64,000 nt of DNA from contig CM114271.1 of the NCBI GenBank assembly GCA_050084515.1, forward strand, positions 8,680,001 to 8,744,000, written 5' to 3'. The DNA comes from Blasia pusilla (taxonomy: Eukaryota). The notes beneath the pieces are model-generated. The model was not told where the DNA came from. It was given only the letters and a program-made list of their open reading frames with translations, and searched no databases. Made by a program: the position numbers and the translations under genes. Each line of letters begins with the position of its first letter. The first letter of the stretch is position 1. This document shows positions 11,011-23,700 of this stretch, piece after piece.

Positions 11011-14000
11011 TCAAAGTGGTTTGTTTAAAATACTTCGCACTTCTTTGAGGGATGAATTGGTTGGTGGATTCCTACTCCTACCTCCGACTCTCTTAAAACT
11101 ACCAAAGAACACATAGTACATGTGCTTACAAGGGAAATACCTTTTGCCACTTGTCTCTCTTTGGACAAAGTCATCACATGAACATGTGGGAAAGCAACAA
11201 ATGTGCACCACATACACCCCTGTGACACTTGAATTTACAGTGTTGTTCCTGACCCAATACATCCTTCCTATTCCATTGCCATTCAAGACATCTTACGTGG
11301 CGATGATCTCCATTTTTGCCTCCCGAGCTAATGCAATTCGCTTTGCTCTCTCCACCGTTGGCCTGCACATTCTGTTTCTCTTCACCCCATTTCTAGACTC
11401 AAACAAAAATAATGGATTGAGATCATCCACCTTCTCCGGGTACATGTTGACATCAATATTGGGTTGAATACAAAATGCGAAGGTCTCTGTAATGCGAACA
11501 TGCTCTGAACTTCCCCCGTCTACGAGTCTAAAACCGTCACTTGTAAGATTGTCAACTTCGTCTTGAGTGCAGTTCGTGCCTGCGGCGATGGGCCAAATCG
11601 TGGGGGTATTCCCGGGAGCTCCAATGGCAGCCAGATAAGACTTCCGGAAAGCGCAAGATTCATTTGGGCAGAAGAAGTACTTCAATTGATCCCCGGTCCT
11701 CGTGAAACGATCAAAGGTTTTGAGTCCCCAAAACCCAGGCAGAGGTCGTCGATCCTTATGCAGATTCTTATTTAGGAAAGTGCCGCATGCTCTCCTAATG
11801 CCATCAGATCCTGCCCTGCAGGTGGGTCCACGTCCTGGGTTGCTCCGAGATATATGCCACCGTTTTAGGTTGCAATTCACCTCCATTATCGGAATCCCAT
11901 ATTGTTGAACCACCCCAGTGACAGGATGTTGCGAACTTCCAGCAACGGAGGGCTTTTAAAATAAAACATTCACTGATTTTGGAGAAGTAACTCCATCACG
12001 GATTTGGGACGGGTCCGGGGTCCCCGAATACCTGGGTGGTGTAATTTCCTCATCCAAATCAATCACCGGATTCGTTCCTCGATGCTGCCTCTTCACATGC
12101 CTGAAGTCAAGATACTTATCTGATCTCCACGAGTCTCGTTCGGACAGCTCTACCACCATCTGTATGGGACGTCATGAAACCCGCCCACGAATATCCCCAC
12201 CTATGTGTACGTCTTGCTCGAGTGGAGTTCCAGCTACGCACCGGTTGAAGGCTTCGACATACAATTTTTCATCACCAGATCTCACAGCCGCCCTAACATA
12301 GAGCTCGTAGATCGACGGCCTTTTCCTTTTGTTATGCCTTTTGTGAGAAAGATATGGGATGCTACAGACTGTAGCATTGCTCTTGCCTGGTCTTGTTGGC
12401 ATGCCTCCACAAGTGAAATTCGTTGGCATGCTTGTGACGACCTCCAAGAGGAATGAACACTTTGTGCTCCACTTGTGTTGGGGCAGAGGGCATTTTAATG
12501 AACGTTCAATCCCTGCAACGACGGAAATGTTAGAAGGGAACGAAAATAACCCAGGAGTCAAAGAAATAAGCGACTTGTCGGAACCAGACAGGTTGCAGGC
12601 CCGAGGCATCCCATGAACGACTCTGCGACCCGTCGGGTCGCGACGTGTTGTAACCTTAAACCCACCTACTGCAACCCGTCGGAACTTGACAGGTTCAAGG
12701 CCGAGGCATCCCATGAACGACTTTGTGACCCGTCGGGTCCCGAATGGTTGCACACCCGGGACGACACCAAACATGTGGATGCAACCTGTCGGTTTCTGTC
12801 GGGTTACACACTCGGGCAACCCGTCGGTTTCCGTCAAGTTGCACACTTGGGCAACCCGTCGGTTTCCGTCGGGTTGCACACTCGGGAAACCCGTCGCATC
12901 CGACAGCTTGCTTGGTCTCTTGGGTTTAAAATCCATATAATACCCACGCTTCTCACCCTGAGCTACAACTTTACAAACAATTTTCAGCGTGAGCTTGACA
13001 AGATAATAGTGAACTCACCTGCCGCATGAAGTTACCCCATTGTCACATACGTACACTCCACCAACTCAACCAAGAGCACAACTCTTTGTACTTCCCCTCA
13101 ATCGCATGCTTCCTCCACCATCCATGAAGTTCTTCGTGGCATTCCATGGCCTGCTTCAAGGTTTTGCTGTCCTTGCAGCGTTGGAGTAGAGTGACATGCT
13201 CCGTCCTCTTATTCTCCTTGATGCAAGATTTGGTGTACGGGTCACTGATTATTGTTGCCAATGGAAAGCATCCGACCTTTCCCTCTCAGGTTGAACCTCT
13301 CCACCCCAGAACACTTCCCGGATAGCAATCCACCCAGGTTGTGCATTGTCCGCCATGAACCCATAAATTTCCGGAGGTGGCCTTTTGTTTTCCTTCACCA
13401 CTTCCAATAAGAGTAACAAACACATCTTCAAACTGCCAACATCTTCTGCCTTTACTTCACACACAAATATAGTTTTGAGTCCCTTCTCCACATGGTCAAA
13501 AACGTGAGCACCCATCGTCAACCATCCGTTCAGCACTCTGTAGCAAATATCAAAGCTTACCCAGCTCCCGTAAAGATCTTCCCCTTCCCTCATTCGATCT
13601 AAGATCGAGGCCACTCGAGGGACCTGTGGTTGACATTTTGAAGACATAGGCCCTGGATCCTTTGCCTCCTTGGCCCATGAATTGCCATCTCTCAATGAAT
13701 GGAAACCTGGAGTTGGCCTTGATTCTGGCGATGGCATCCATTTCGGCCGTCTTTCCATCCAGAACTCGTATGTGACGCAGCAAATTCCTGAAGCATTCAG
13801 GATCATCGAGAAATGCGAGATTTACCCAGAGTTGTTTCTCCTCAACCGCCGTGATCTCGCCCTGTCCAGCGATTCCAAGCAATTGTTCACAAATTTGTGA
13901 TGCCGTTGTGAGCTTGATCACCCCGGGCTTTGAACCCGGAGAGTTTCTGTAGACCTCGGCTACTTTCTTCGCCACATCCTCCTTGATGTGTCTTTGAATT

Positions 14001-14929
14001 GCATCGGTCACAGGATGAGTGTGGGAGCCAACATGAACTGCCACCCTTGTATTCTCTGAAGTGGAGCCCAAGTCGTGGACAATGAAAAATATGTATGCTA
14101 GACACCCTCCAACGCAGAAGGGCGATCCCTCACAATGAGGACATCGATGGCCTCCCGGAGGTATGGTGGCACCGACCTCGTATGGAGTTTCTGCATTCTT
14201 GGGAGGGAATTGCGACATATTGACTCGCCAGTTGCGCTCTAGATACGGTCATGCTGGACTTCTACACTCCAAGGCTCCCACGCATTGGCGGCGAGAGACA
14301 ATCCAAGGACCATCTGGAATTGAAGCACTGGTCTGTTGAAGCATGCACCATCGATGACAATCAGACTTTCTGTCCATACCCTTCAGGCGTCCTCCATCCT
14401 TCTTTTGAGCAGGAGCAGCAAGTGGAGGCAACTCGCAAGAGGAACGAGTAGGCGGACAGAGGGCCCGATTGGTGCCCGACAGATCCACTGAGGTTGATAA
14501 CATCCGGAATCTCTTGTGGAAAAACAACATTGTTACGAGCGTGCGAAGTTGGAGTCGAAGCCGGATCTGCAGAGCTTGGAGTTGCAAACGTAGAGCTCGG
14601 AGCACTAGGAAATTCTAGACCGTCTACTTGGGAAACAGACGAATTCAGGGGCACGCCGTAAACTCTGTATTGACCATTTGCTAGAGGTAGGAGATTCCAT
14701 ACTTTACGGTCTGAGGTCACTGGCTGGACCGTCTCACCTATTTTGTCTTTCGTACCGTCCACCCTAACATCTTTGGATACAAAGATGGTTCCAATTTGAA
14801 GAAAAATCGAACAGACAGAAAATTTTCATCCACTGCTATGAAAGACTCACGAGCTTGGGGTCGAATGATTTCCGATTGAGGAAGGGCCTCCAAATGACTG
14901 CCATAAGTGAGCTTAACATAATTATCCAT
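11011..14929 (-). pseudogene. MULE-type transposase with GCM-like domain, DDE core and SWIM finger (copy 2, frameshifted)
   Basis: ORFs 14738-14929, 14249-14605, 13550-14218, 13249-13806 (SFDICYR, FMADNAQ, DAFHW), 13043-13261, 11293-11913 and 11011-11286 (CSC..CKH). Confidence 0.8.
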
Positions 14930-15787
14930 TCCAAGAAGATTCCAACGAGAGGAGATTGAGAATGAGAATGAGAATATTTAATTTATAGTGAATAGGAAAC
15001 AGATACTCCTGACAGATTTTTACTGACAAGATGAATTCGGTGGGTGACATTGTGTGACACAATGGATCCAATTCTGTAACACATTCAATTCTGTTGCAAT
15101 ATGTTACCGGATTTGGGAAGCAGAGGGTTGCGCATCACACTTGGAACGCGTCGGAGTCCTGGTAACTCATAAATTACCCGAAGCTAGCAGAAGCCTGCAA
15201 CCCGTCGGCATCGGACGGGTTGCACGCTTCTGCTAAACATTGTCGAAGCGAGCAACCCGTCGCTCTCCGACGAGTTGCTCGGATACCGATCCTTCTTGCC
15301 CGAAGATGCCGGAGGCGTGCAAACCGTCTGTTCCTGACGAGTTCCGCGGGTGCCTCGCCTTTTAGCCCAAAGACGGCAAGGCGTGCAACCCGTCGCCCTC
15401 CAACGGGTTGCGCAAGGGCCTCGCCTTGTGGTGCAGCCAGCCAGACTCCGACGACTTGCACGGGAAGCCCTCATTCCTAACCCTTGATGAGGGAAGCGTG
15501 CAACCCAACGGTCTCCGACGGATTGCCCAAGATACGTCCCGTTCCCGTCCCAAACACGGCGGAGGCGCGCAACATGTCGGGCTCCGACGGGTTGCGCGGG
15601 AACCTCGCGTTCTTTTCCGAAGACGACGGAGGCGCTCAACCCGTCGGTCTCCGACGGGTTGCTTGCGCACGTGGCAACGGACATAGGAAGGCAGAGCCGC
15701 GCAACCTGTCGGACTCCGACGGGTTGCCATTTTTCACGTCCGGACTTCCGCAACATCCGGCACGTCGCCGTCGAAAGGACGACGGGA

Positions 15788-15824
15788 CCCAACGGTCAGC
15801 CCAACGGCTAGAAAAGTATAAATA
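15788..15824 (+). promoter_or_regulatory. Tandem MSA elements plus TATA box, copy 2
   Basis: CCCAACGGTCA (15788-15798) and CCCAACGGCTA (15800-15810) match YCYAACGGYYA. TATAAATA at 15817-15824, ~250 bp before the ATG at 16077. Confidence 0.6.
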
Positions 15825-17419
15825 GGGCAAAAATCGCTCATTTCCGGTTTGTCATTTTGCGATCATTATTCCTCACCCCTCACTCTCCCGCGCATCAGCT
15901 GATCAGATACGAAGGGGCATTTCACAGGGCGACACATCGCGAGTCGATAGGAGGGAACGAGAGCGAGACGGTTTGACCGAGCGATAGCGGGACGATTCGA
16001 GCTCCCATCTCGACATCAGCAAGGCGACTGATCAAGGAATTTGTCGTGGACATAGGTGGAGGCATTTCCGGCAAAAATGACGAGGAAAAAAACACAAGCC
16101 AACAAGTCAAGGAGCTTTACTCCCAAGTCCATTAGGACTCCTACGTCCGCTTCTCCTGGGCCTCGTTCGGCGAATGAAATTAGGCAACAAGAAATGGAGG
16201 AGCGGGAAAGGGAAGCGGAGATGCACAACCAAGTGCTTCTTGCGAGATGTGTTCAAGAGGCGCTAGATAAACAGAACGCAGAGGCCGAGACGTCGCAGGC
16301 CTTGAAGAAAAGGATCGCCGACGAAAAGAGAGAAAAGAAGCGCCAGGAAGTGTCGGTGAGGAGGGCAGAATTGGCTAAAGCGAGGAGGGAAAAAGCGATA
16401 GCCATTGACGATAGCCCAGCCCGTCCAACCGCCAGTGTTGAGATGCAGGAAATGTCCCCCACGAAGTCCGGGGACACAATCAACATAGTGGAAACTACAG
16501 AAGTTGAAATCGATGACGACGAGGTCATGAGGACCGCCAGCGTGTAGATGGTGGACATGGCCGAAGAAGCCGGAGAGCGGTCATTCTCAACTCCAAGCCC
16601 GGCGGAGGACATCGACCTCTATCGGATCGACGAGTTCCCAGTCGATTTTCCAGCCTCTGTCTCAGACAAGTTAGCTAGTCAAGAAACCGACCCCATTTTC
16701 GAATGCCCATTTCTTCCTTTTCTGGTCTTGTTGTGGCCTTCAGGTTTTGACTCTTTGAGTCCCCCTCTTTTGTACTTCCGATGGGTTTTCCATCACTCGT
16801 TTTTATCGAAGTGCATCTTTCTTCTTTTCGAGCGGGTAAGAGAGGTTCTGGGTTTTTTTAATTATGTGAATCGCAATTCATTGGGAGTTCATGTGTAGCT
16901 TATTCCTCTTGTCCCGGTTCTAATAGGTGGTGAAGCAGATGGCACTCATGGAGGGCCACAACGCCCCGAGGATTCCACTCTACCGATTGCGGACAATGGA
17001 ATACGTCCGCGAAATTCAGTCCGACGAGGACATTGCGAAGCTAAAACAATCGGCGGCGACAGCATCCTACGTCGACAACTTTCCTCCCTTCTATATTCAG
17101 CCTTACGACGAGCATGGAACCCAAGCTCTGGTTACCGATGAGGACTTGGAAAAGCTCGACACATTCTGGAGGATGCGAGACCAGGACTTCAGAAGGCAAG
17201 TTGAGGACACAAAATTCTGCTGGATGAGGAATCTGCATTTCTTCATTTGGGATGGGAATCACAGGTTCATGGCGTGGACCAAGTTTGCGGAGGAGCGGCC
17301 CAACTCATTGGAGGCACATTTCTACATGAAGGCAGTGGTCCTTCACCCATACCCTCATCACATGGCGACGGTGGAGATGGCAATGCACGCCATGAACACG
17401 TGAGTATCTTTAACACTTT

Positions 17420-18030
17420 CGCAACTCGTCGGACTCCGATGAGTTGCTCGATTGATGAATGGGTTAGGTTTGTTTTTGCCGAAAGAAACTCGTTGGACTC
17501 CGACGGGTTGCTCGACTGCACGCTTTTTCGGATCTTTTTTTAAGATTGCAACTCGTCGGACTCCGACGACTTGTTTGATTGAACATAGATTTAACTAGTT
17601 TTTGGCCCAAAGCAAACCGTTGGAGTCCGACGGGTTTCTCGACAGGCCGCCTTGTGAGGATGTTTTTTGAAGAATGCAACTCGTCGGACTCCGACGGGTT
17701 GATATGGGGAAAAATAGCTTCGAGGCAAGCAACCCGTCGGACTCCGACGGGTTGCTTTGGGGAAAAAACCTTCTAAACCTGCAGTCACTCGAGCAAATCG
17801 TCGGAGTCCGACGGGTTGCATTCTTAAAAGAACACCCTCACAAGGCGGCCTATCGAGCAACCCGTCGGACTCCGACGGTTTGCTTACCAGGCATTAGCAA
17901 ATCTGAATGCAATCCGTCTGACTCCGACGGGTTGCATCATTAAGCTCGTTGCTAGAATCCGACCTTGAGTGCGGACGACCGTCGAGTCCGACGGGTTGCG
18001 AAAACCCATGTAATTTCTCGACGGGTTCAG
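17420..18030. repeat. Palindrome array with a nested ~200-bp inverted repeat in a ParB-MTase intron (copy 1 equivalent 9115-9660)
   Basis: Perfect GCAACCCGTCGGACTCCGACGGGTTGC at 17729-17755. aggccgccttgtgagg.. (17644) is inverted at ..cctcacaaggcggcct (17851). Confidence 0.85.
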
Positions 18031-19916
18031 TTTGGATGTGGAGGATTGTATCGGAGGGGAATGTCACCCACCATCGATCCAAGATCTGCGATCGGGTGAG
18101 GAAGGTGCTTACAACGCACCCGGGGAGAGTACTGAGGGGTTCTTGGCGATGCCTCGTCAATCGATGCTTGCAAAGGGTGCTCGGATCAAGAAGAAAACTT
18201 GGGCAAACAAGTTTATTTCTCAAGATGCAACCGTAGCCATCCTTTGCTGGTCGAAGATTCAGGCCGCGAAGAAAAGCGCTGCACTGGAGCTGGAGCGGAG
18301 GGAGAAGGTAACTGCGTCTGAGTGCGCCAAATTCATCCAAGTTGCAGTATCTGCTGCAACGAAATACACGGCGAGCAAGATGCAGCGATACATCAGCATT
18401 CTCAACCCCGAACTTGGTTCCCAGTTCTACAAGGAGCTGAAGGCGATTATCAAGCGCCAGCGGAAGAGGGATGAAGATCCGCATGGTCGGATTGGGGAGA
18501 AAGTGTCGCAGGATCACGTGCATCGGTTTGCGTTGTCCGGGATAAGCGAGTTTAGAAGGATATGACTGATGAAAATCAGTCTTGAGGGCTCAGAGGCCCA
18601 GAAGAGGGCGGCACACCATCCTCCCGGTGTGTATGATCCAGTGATCTCGCATTGGCTACGCGAATGGTCCTTCTGGGACGCGTTGCGGGTAATCGGAAAG
18701 TCCGTCTTTGGACGATGCAAGCGAGCTCGAAGATTGGAGCCCATTCCGCCGGAAGCAAACCTTGAAAGTTCTGGAGATTACGAGGTTTGGCTCAACGACA
18801 TCCGGGACAAGCCAGCAAAAAACCCAGGATTCAAGACCATGTTCAAGGTTTGCGTCCTCCCTCAGGCAGAGCTTGACGAAGAAGTAGAGGGGAACAAACG
18901 GGATCAAGCGAAGAAGAAGCGAGATCTACAGAGCAGACGGCCGATTCGTTTCGATTTAAAGTCGCCCAACGGATGGTCTTGTGTACCTCGCCCGTGTAAG
19001 AACGCAGGTACGTGGGGAAAATTACCGGTAGCCTTGAAGTTGTGGGCTTTGCTGCCGGATGCAGAGACATTCTCCATGTACGACGTGGAGATGGGGCAGC
19101 ACATGTTCGATTGGGAGGTGGAGAATTGCCCCATTTGGCTCGACTTCAACGACCCTGAAGACATCACGGATAAGGACTTACGAGTGCTTCATGATGCAGT
19201 GACCTCAGGACAAGACGACATCCCCAATTTTGTCCAGCCTGAAGACTTCTTCAAGGAGATGCAGAAGAGCAGGCCCACGAGACAGCTGAGTTCGCTTCCA
19301 AGGTCCGGACAACCAAAGACAAATCCACAATGGTCTCAAAGGCAAGGCGAGGGGAGGGAAAATTCAGAGGCCGAGTCTTCCCAAAGAGAGGTCAAGATTC
19401 AAGGCCAGAGGCGGAATCGTCGGACGAAAGCGGGGAGAGAGGGTCGGACGGATCCTCGGCGAAAAAAAACGCCACGAATCCGAGGTCATAGAAACCTGAC
19501 AAGCCATCCCAGGCTAGGAGAAGCGGAGCGAGAGGTGCCTGGGTTGTCCCAAGGAGAATACTGACCCCATCGCCTTGGGAAGACACAGACAAACAACGAC
19601 CGAACAAGCGTCCTCCTTGATTCCTCCTTTATTGGATGAGTGAAGCCTTGATTCTCAAGTGTCGACACCGACCATCAAAATCGACAACGTTGGGACGGAA
19701 GCTCCAACGAAACGGGCACGCTGCCTGGACGGTGAATGGAGTGGTCGAAGAGGTTGCGGTGGATCTCTTGATCGCCGATCTGCCCTCGGGGTTGCGACTT
19801 TGGGGCGAGAATCCGTTGGACGAGGTACCTGAGTGGAATGTGCCACTCACTTATGACCAGATTGCACTTTTGTTCTCCTTTGCATACGCCTATCTGAGTG
19901 ACAGGGGCTGCTTTCT

Positions 19917-20709
19917 CCCTCGATCGCCATTTCCAAGCCAACTCATTCAGATCTCCTCCTCATTTCTTGCGTCCCTCCTTGAGCGTCTGAGTCTAGCCGC
20001 TACCTTTGAGTTTCCCTAAGCAACCGGTTGATCCCACGACCCCAAGTTCTCGCTCACCAAGGATTTGCTCTGATACCACTTGTCGCGCCCCTACTCTCCT
20101 TGAACGTCAATCTTTAGTATTGCGGAAGCGTACGTTCAGTAGGTCACGAACTCATCGCCGATCTAACACCCAAACACGCACTCGTTAGTCGGGTCCGGGC
20201 CAACCGGCGTCCAACCCACCGAGTCCTCAACTCGGCGTCTCATCAAGCTCAACCTTCCTTAGTTCCTAGTTTCCAAAACATGGCAAGTCCTTCAAGACTT
20301 GGAACAGACTTCCTGGTTAGTCCAGGGATCTGAAGCGGCACTTGCGCGCCTAGCGATCCCAACTGTTCAACGGTCCTCGGGGGAGTTCCGAACCGAGACC
20401 CAAGTAATTGAGTCGCGGGGTGGAATCCAAGAGGGATGTCTAAAATCGCCTCAATGGACTTGGTGCAGGTTTTCCAACCCAACCCCCAAACTCGCGTTCC
20501 GTTCCATGCCCTTGAGCCGCCCCGCGGCGCCCAAAGTGGGGTTTGGGTTCCAAGCACTCTCAGAGACCTTCCCCCTTTTTAGTACTTCTGAGGTTCTCTA
20601 ATAACCCCTCCCCTTAGGGAAAAGAGGGTCGGGCCCTTCATTGTGGCCCTCAACCCGACTCCACTTACAGTCGTTTTCGGGTTGTATCTCGGCCGCTGCT
20701 TATGCGTTT
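19917..20709 (-). mobile_element. Chromovirus fragment: partial 5' LTR (20081-20709), tRNA-iMet PBS (20067-20078) and a short internal piece
   Basis: GCTCTGATACCA is the reverse complement of TGGTATCAGAGC. The adjacent LTR matches 42750-43751 and 46832-47835. Confidence 0.85.
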
Positions 20710-23700
20710 TGGATCTGAGGACTCACCATCCAACCTCCCTCTTGGAGTGGATGCCTCCTATTGACCAGACATAGCCAACAGACACTAATCGGCAGATGCG
20801 TGCCAACTCGGCACCATCTCCTCAACACTCTCATCATGCCACCTAGCTCCACTCGCATCGCTCTGGCTCGTGCATGGATTATAGCTCAACCCGTCTGCAT
20901 CCTGGTTTAGATGTCATGGGCGATGGACAACCTGAAAATCATACTCATGCAATAGGAGTGACCATCTGGCAAGCTTCCCTGTAAGCTTGTCAAACTCCAT
21001 CAACCATCTCAGTGGCTGATGATAAATGATGAGCGAGAAAGGATTCCCGAACAAATAACATCTAAAATGGGCCACTGCCCATACTGCAGCTAAGCACTCC
21101 CCCTCATAGGAACTCTACTTTGCCTCCGCAGCGTTGTTTGAGCAGCTCGAATATGCCACAACAAACTCCTTCCTCTCATCATCTCTCTGAGTGAGCACCG
21201 CTCTTAATCCCAACACACTTCGGTCTGTATGTAACTGGAACGGACAACCACGCATAGGTCTCCTCAAAATGGGCAAGGACATCAACCTGTCCTTGAGCTC
21301 CTGAAATGCTCGCTCTTGATCATCTCCCCAAAACCACTCCTTGTCCAACCTAGTCAACAAAGTTAGTGCCTTCGCAATCGCACTAAAGCCCTTCACGTAC
21401 CATCGGTAGTAGTTTGTCAATCCCATAAAACCTTGAACTCGACTCACATCTATAGGGCCGGCAATGCGTGTTGTGGCCTCCACCTTTGTGTGTTGAACTC
21501 CAATACCCCTTGATAAATGATGGCATCCAAGGTGCTCAATCTGGTCATGGAAGAACCTGCACTTGCCTAGAAGTAACTTCAGCCCATGTAATTACAATCG
21601 TCAAAACACCTCCTCCAGATGTCTCTCATGCTCCTCAACAGTAGCACTGAAGACAATAATGTCATCGATGTAACATCTCGCATAATCCGAACTAGCCAAA
21701 ATCTTATCCATAACTCGCTGAAAACCCGTAGGGGCGTTCTTCAACCTAAATAGTAAGAACCGCCACTAGTACAAACAATCCATCCCGAAAGGGTGTATCC
21801 CCCAAAATGTTGTCTTCTCCCTATCTTCCACTCGGATGGGCAACTAATGATAGCCACACGCACATCCAAACAACTAAAGATTCTTGCATGTCCCACCGCA
21901 TCAAAGATCTCCTCACGAGTAGGCATAGCATAGCAATCGACCTTCGTATGCCGATTGATAGGACGATAATCTCCACACATCCGCCTATCCGTCCATTGGC
22001 CATGCATGTCCTTCTTTGCCGGCATAACTGTGGTAGATGCATACTCTCCAAGCGATCTCTCCACCAATCTAGTCTCAGCCAAGTATCGACTCCTACTCTG
22101 AATCAAGGCTCGCTCCATGTCGGAATACTTGTAGGGTCGTCGAAAGATAGGAGTATCACTATCCAACTTGATCCGAATACATGGACCCTTCAGTGTGCCT
22201 AAGTCATGCATACTATATGCAAAATGGTCCCTAAATCTCCACAATAATTTCAATATTCATCTCCTCTCCGCTCTTGTCAACCTAGGAGCAATCATCGGCT
22301 CCCAAGTCTCTCTCATGACCTTTAGAGAAGAGGAGGGTGGTGGTTGCTAACTAGCAACCTCTAGAGTAGCAACATGCGCTCCCAAATCGAACACCAACTC
22401 TCTAGGCACTCCACGATGTCCTGCATCGGCAAAATGAACTGCCATCTCTCTATAATCTTGTGACATGTCCCATGAAGTTCATGGATGCCTCTCCATCACC
22501 ATCGCGTCCCCTGGCATTGTCTTACCCATCCCGGTAGACGTTGCGATGCAAAGTGGATGTAATGTCACACACGCCTCTTGCATCCATCTTTGCTCAGCCA
22601 AACCAAGACTGAACACCCAAGTAAGATAGTTCAGGTCCATAGCCTGACCCAATACATGTTTGTGGGATGCCTGTGCTATCACAGGCACCGTCACCGTACC
22701 TGTAGAGAACCCCATAGCTTGCTCTTGCTCGTCAACATTGAGCTCCACCAGTGTACCTGCCTGCTCATCCCATATCATTTCTGGTCCTCCCTAACAAAAA
22801 GCATGAGATGCCGGAAAACTCACCAACACAGGAAATCAGGCCCACCCGATTGGCCACTGCCAACGGTGGTACATCATCACGAGTAACAACCTGAGATCGC
22901 TACCCTGGATCAAAGATCGCATCCACCGTAAGTAGTGATAGTTTGTGGACTCCATCATGAGCCCGCCTTAGTAACTTGGATGGTAAAAGGTTCATCCATC
23001 ACAATCGTGGACGGTGTGCGCGCAATCCAACACTCGCCGCATCCAACATCACCGTAAGTCCTATCCACGACTGCACTTTATGTACACTCACCATCACTCG
23101 GGCTTGAGTGTTACCTAAAAATGGGATGTTCTCTAAAATGTAAGCTGGAGAACATCGTTGGGTAGTCTGCAAGTGTCGAAGAATGCGCAACAGCTCCCAA
23201 ACCATCGCCGACCTCGGGTCCTGCAAACCAAGTCCCCGACCTCCCAAAGAATGACCCTGACATGGCCACCCTGCCACCACCAAGTGTATCGGACCAACCA
23301 TATTCATATGTGGCGCCCCCAACAACGAATATCGCCCATAAATACATGCTGATATCCCTTGACTGCAGACATTGGCAATAACTGAGGATATTGCAGGACT
23401 AGTCTCGACACGTGATGTAATGAGACTCTACATGCAATCTCATCTCTCTCAACATACAAGTACTATTGTACTCGTACTTTGACCTACAACACTGGAACCA
23501 ACGTTGTACTAATCCCTCCAAAGAGATCTAGTATACGTACACCCTCCTCAGGATACTGCCACACAATCGATGTGGTGTCCAAGGGTGTCACCGTCTCTAC
23601 TCTTAGAGCACGTGGTAACTCTATCCCATCTCGCTCTAGAGCATAGGCTTGGCTCCACGCCTACCTCGTGAGCTCATCTGCTCTCCTCTACAAATCGATG

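Noticed and set aside
17420-18030. CRISPR-like appearance of the palindromic repeats
   Set aside because: Spacing is irregular, spacers are themselves duplicated or inverted, there are no cas genes, and the context is a eukaryotic intron.
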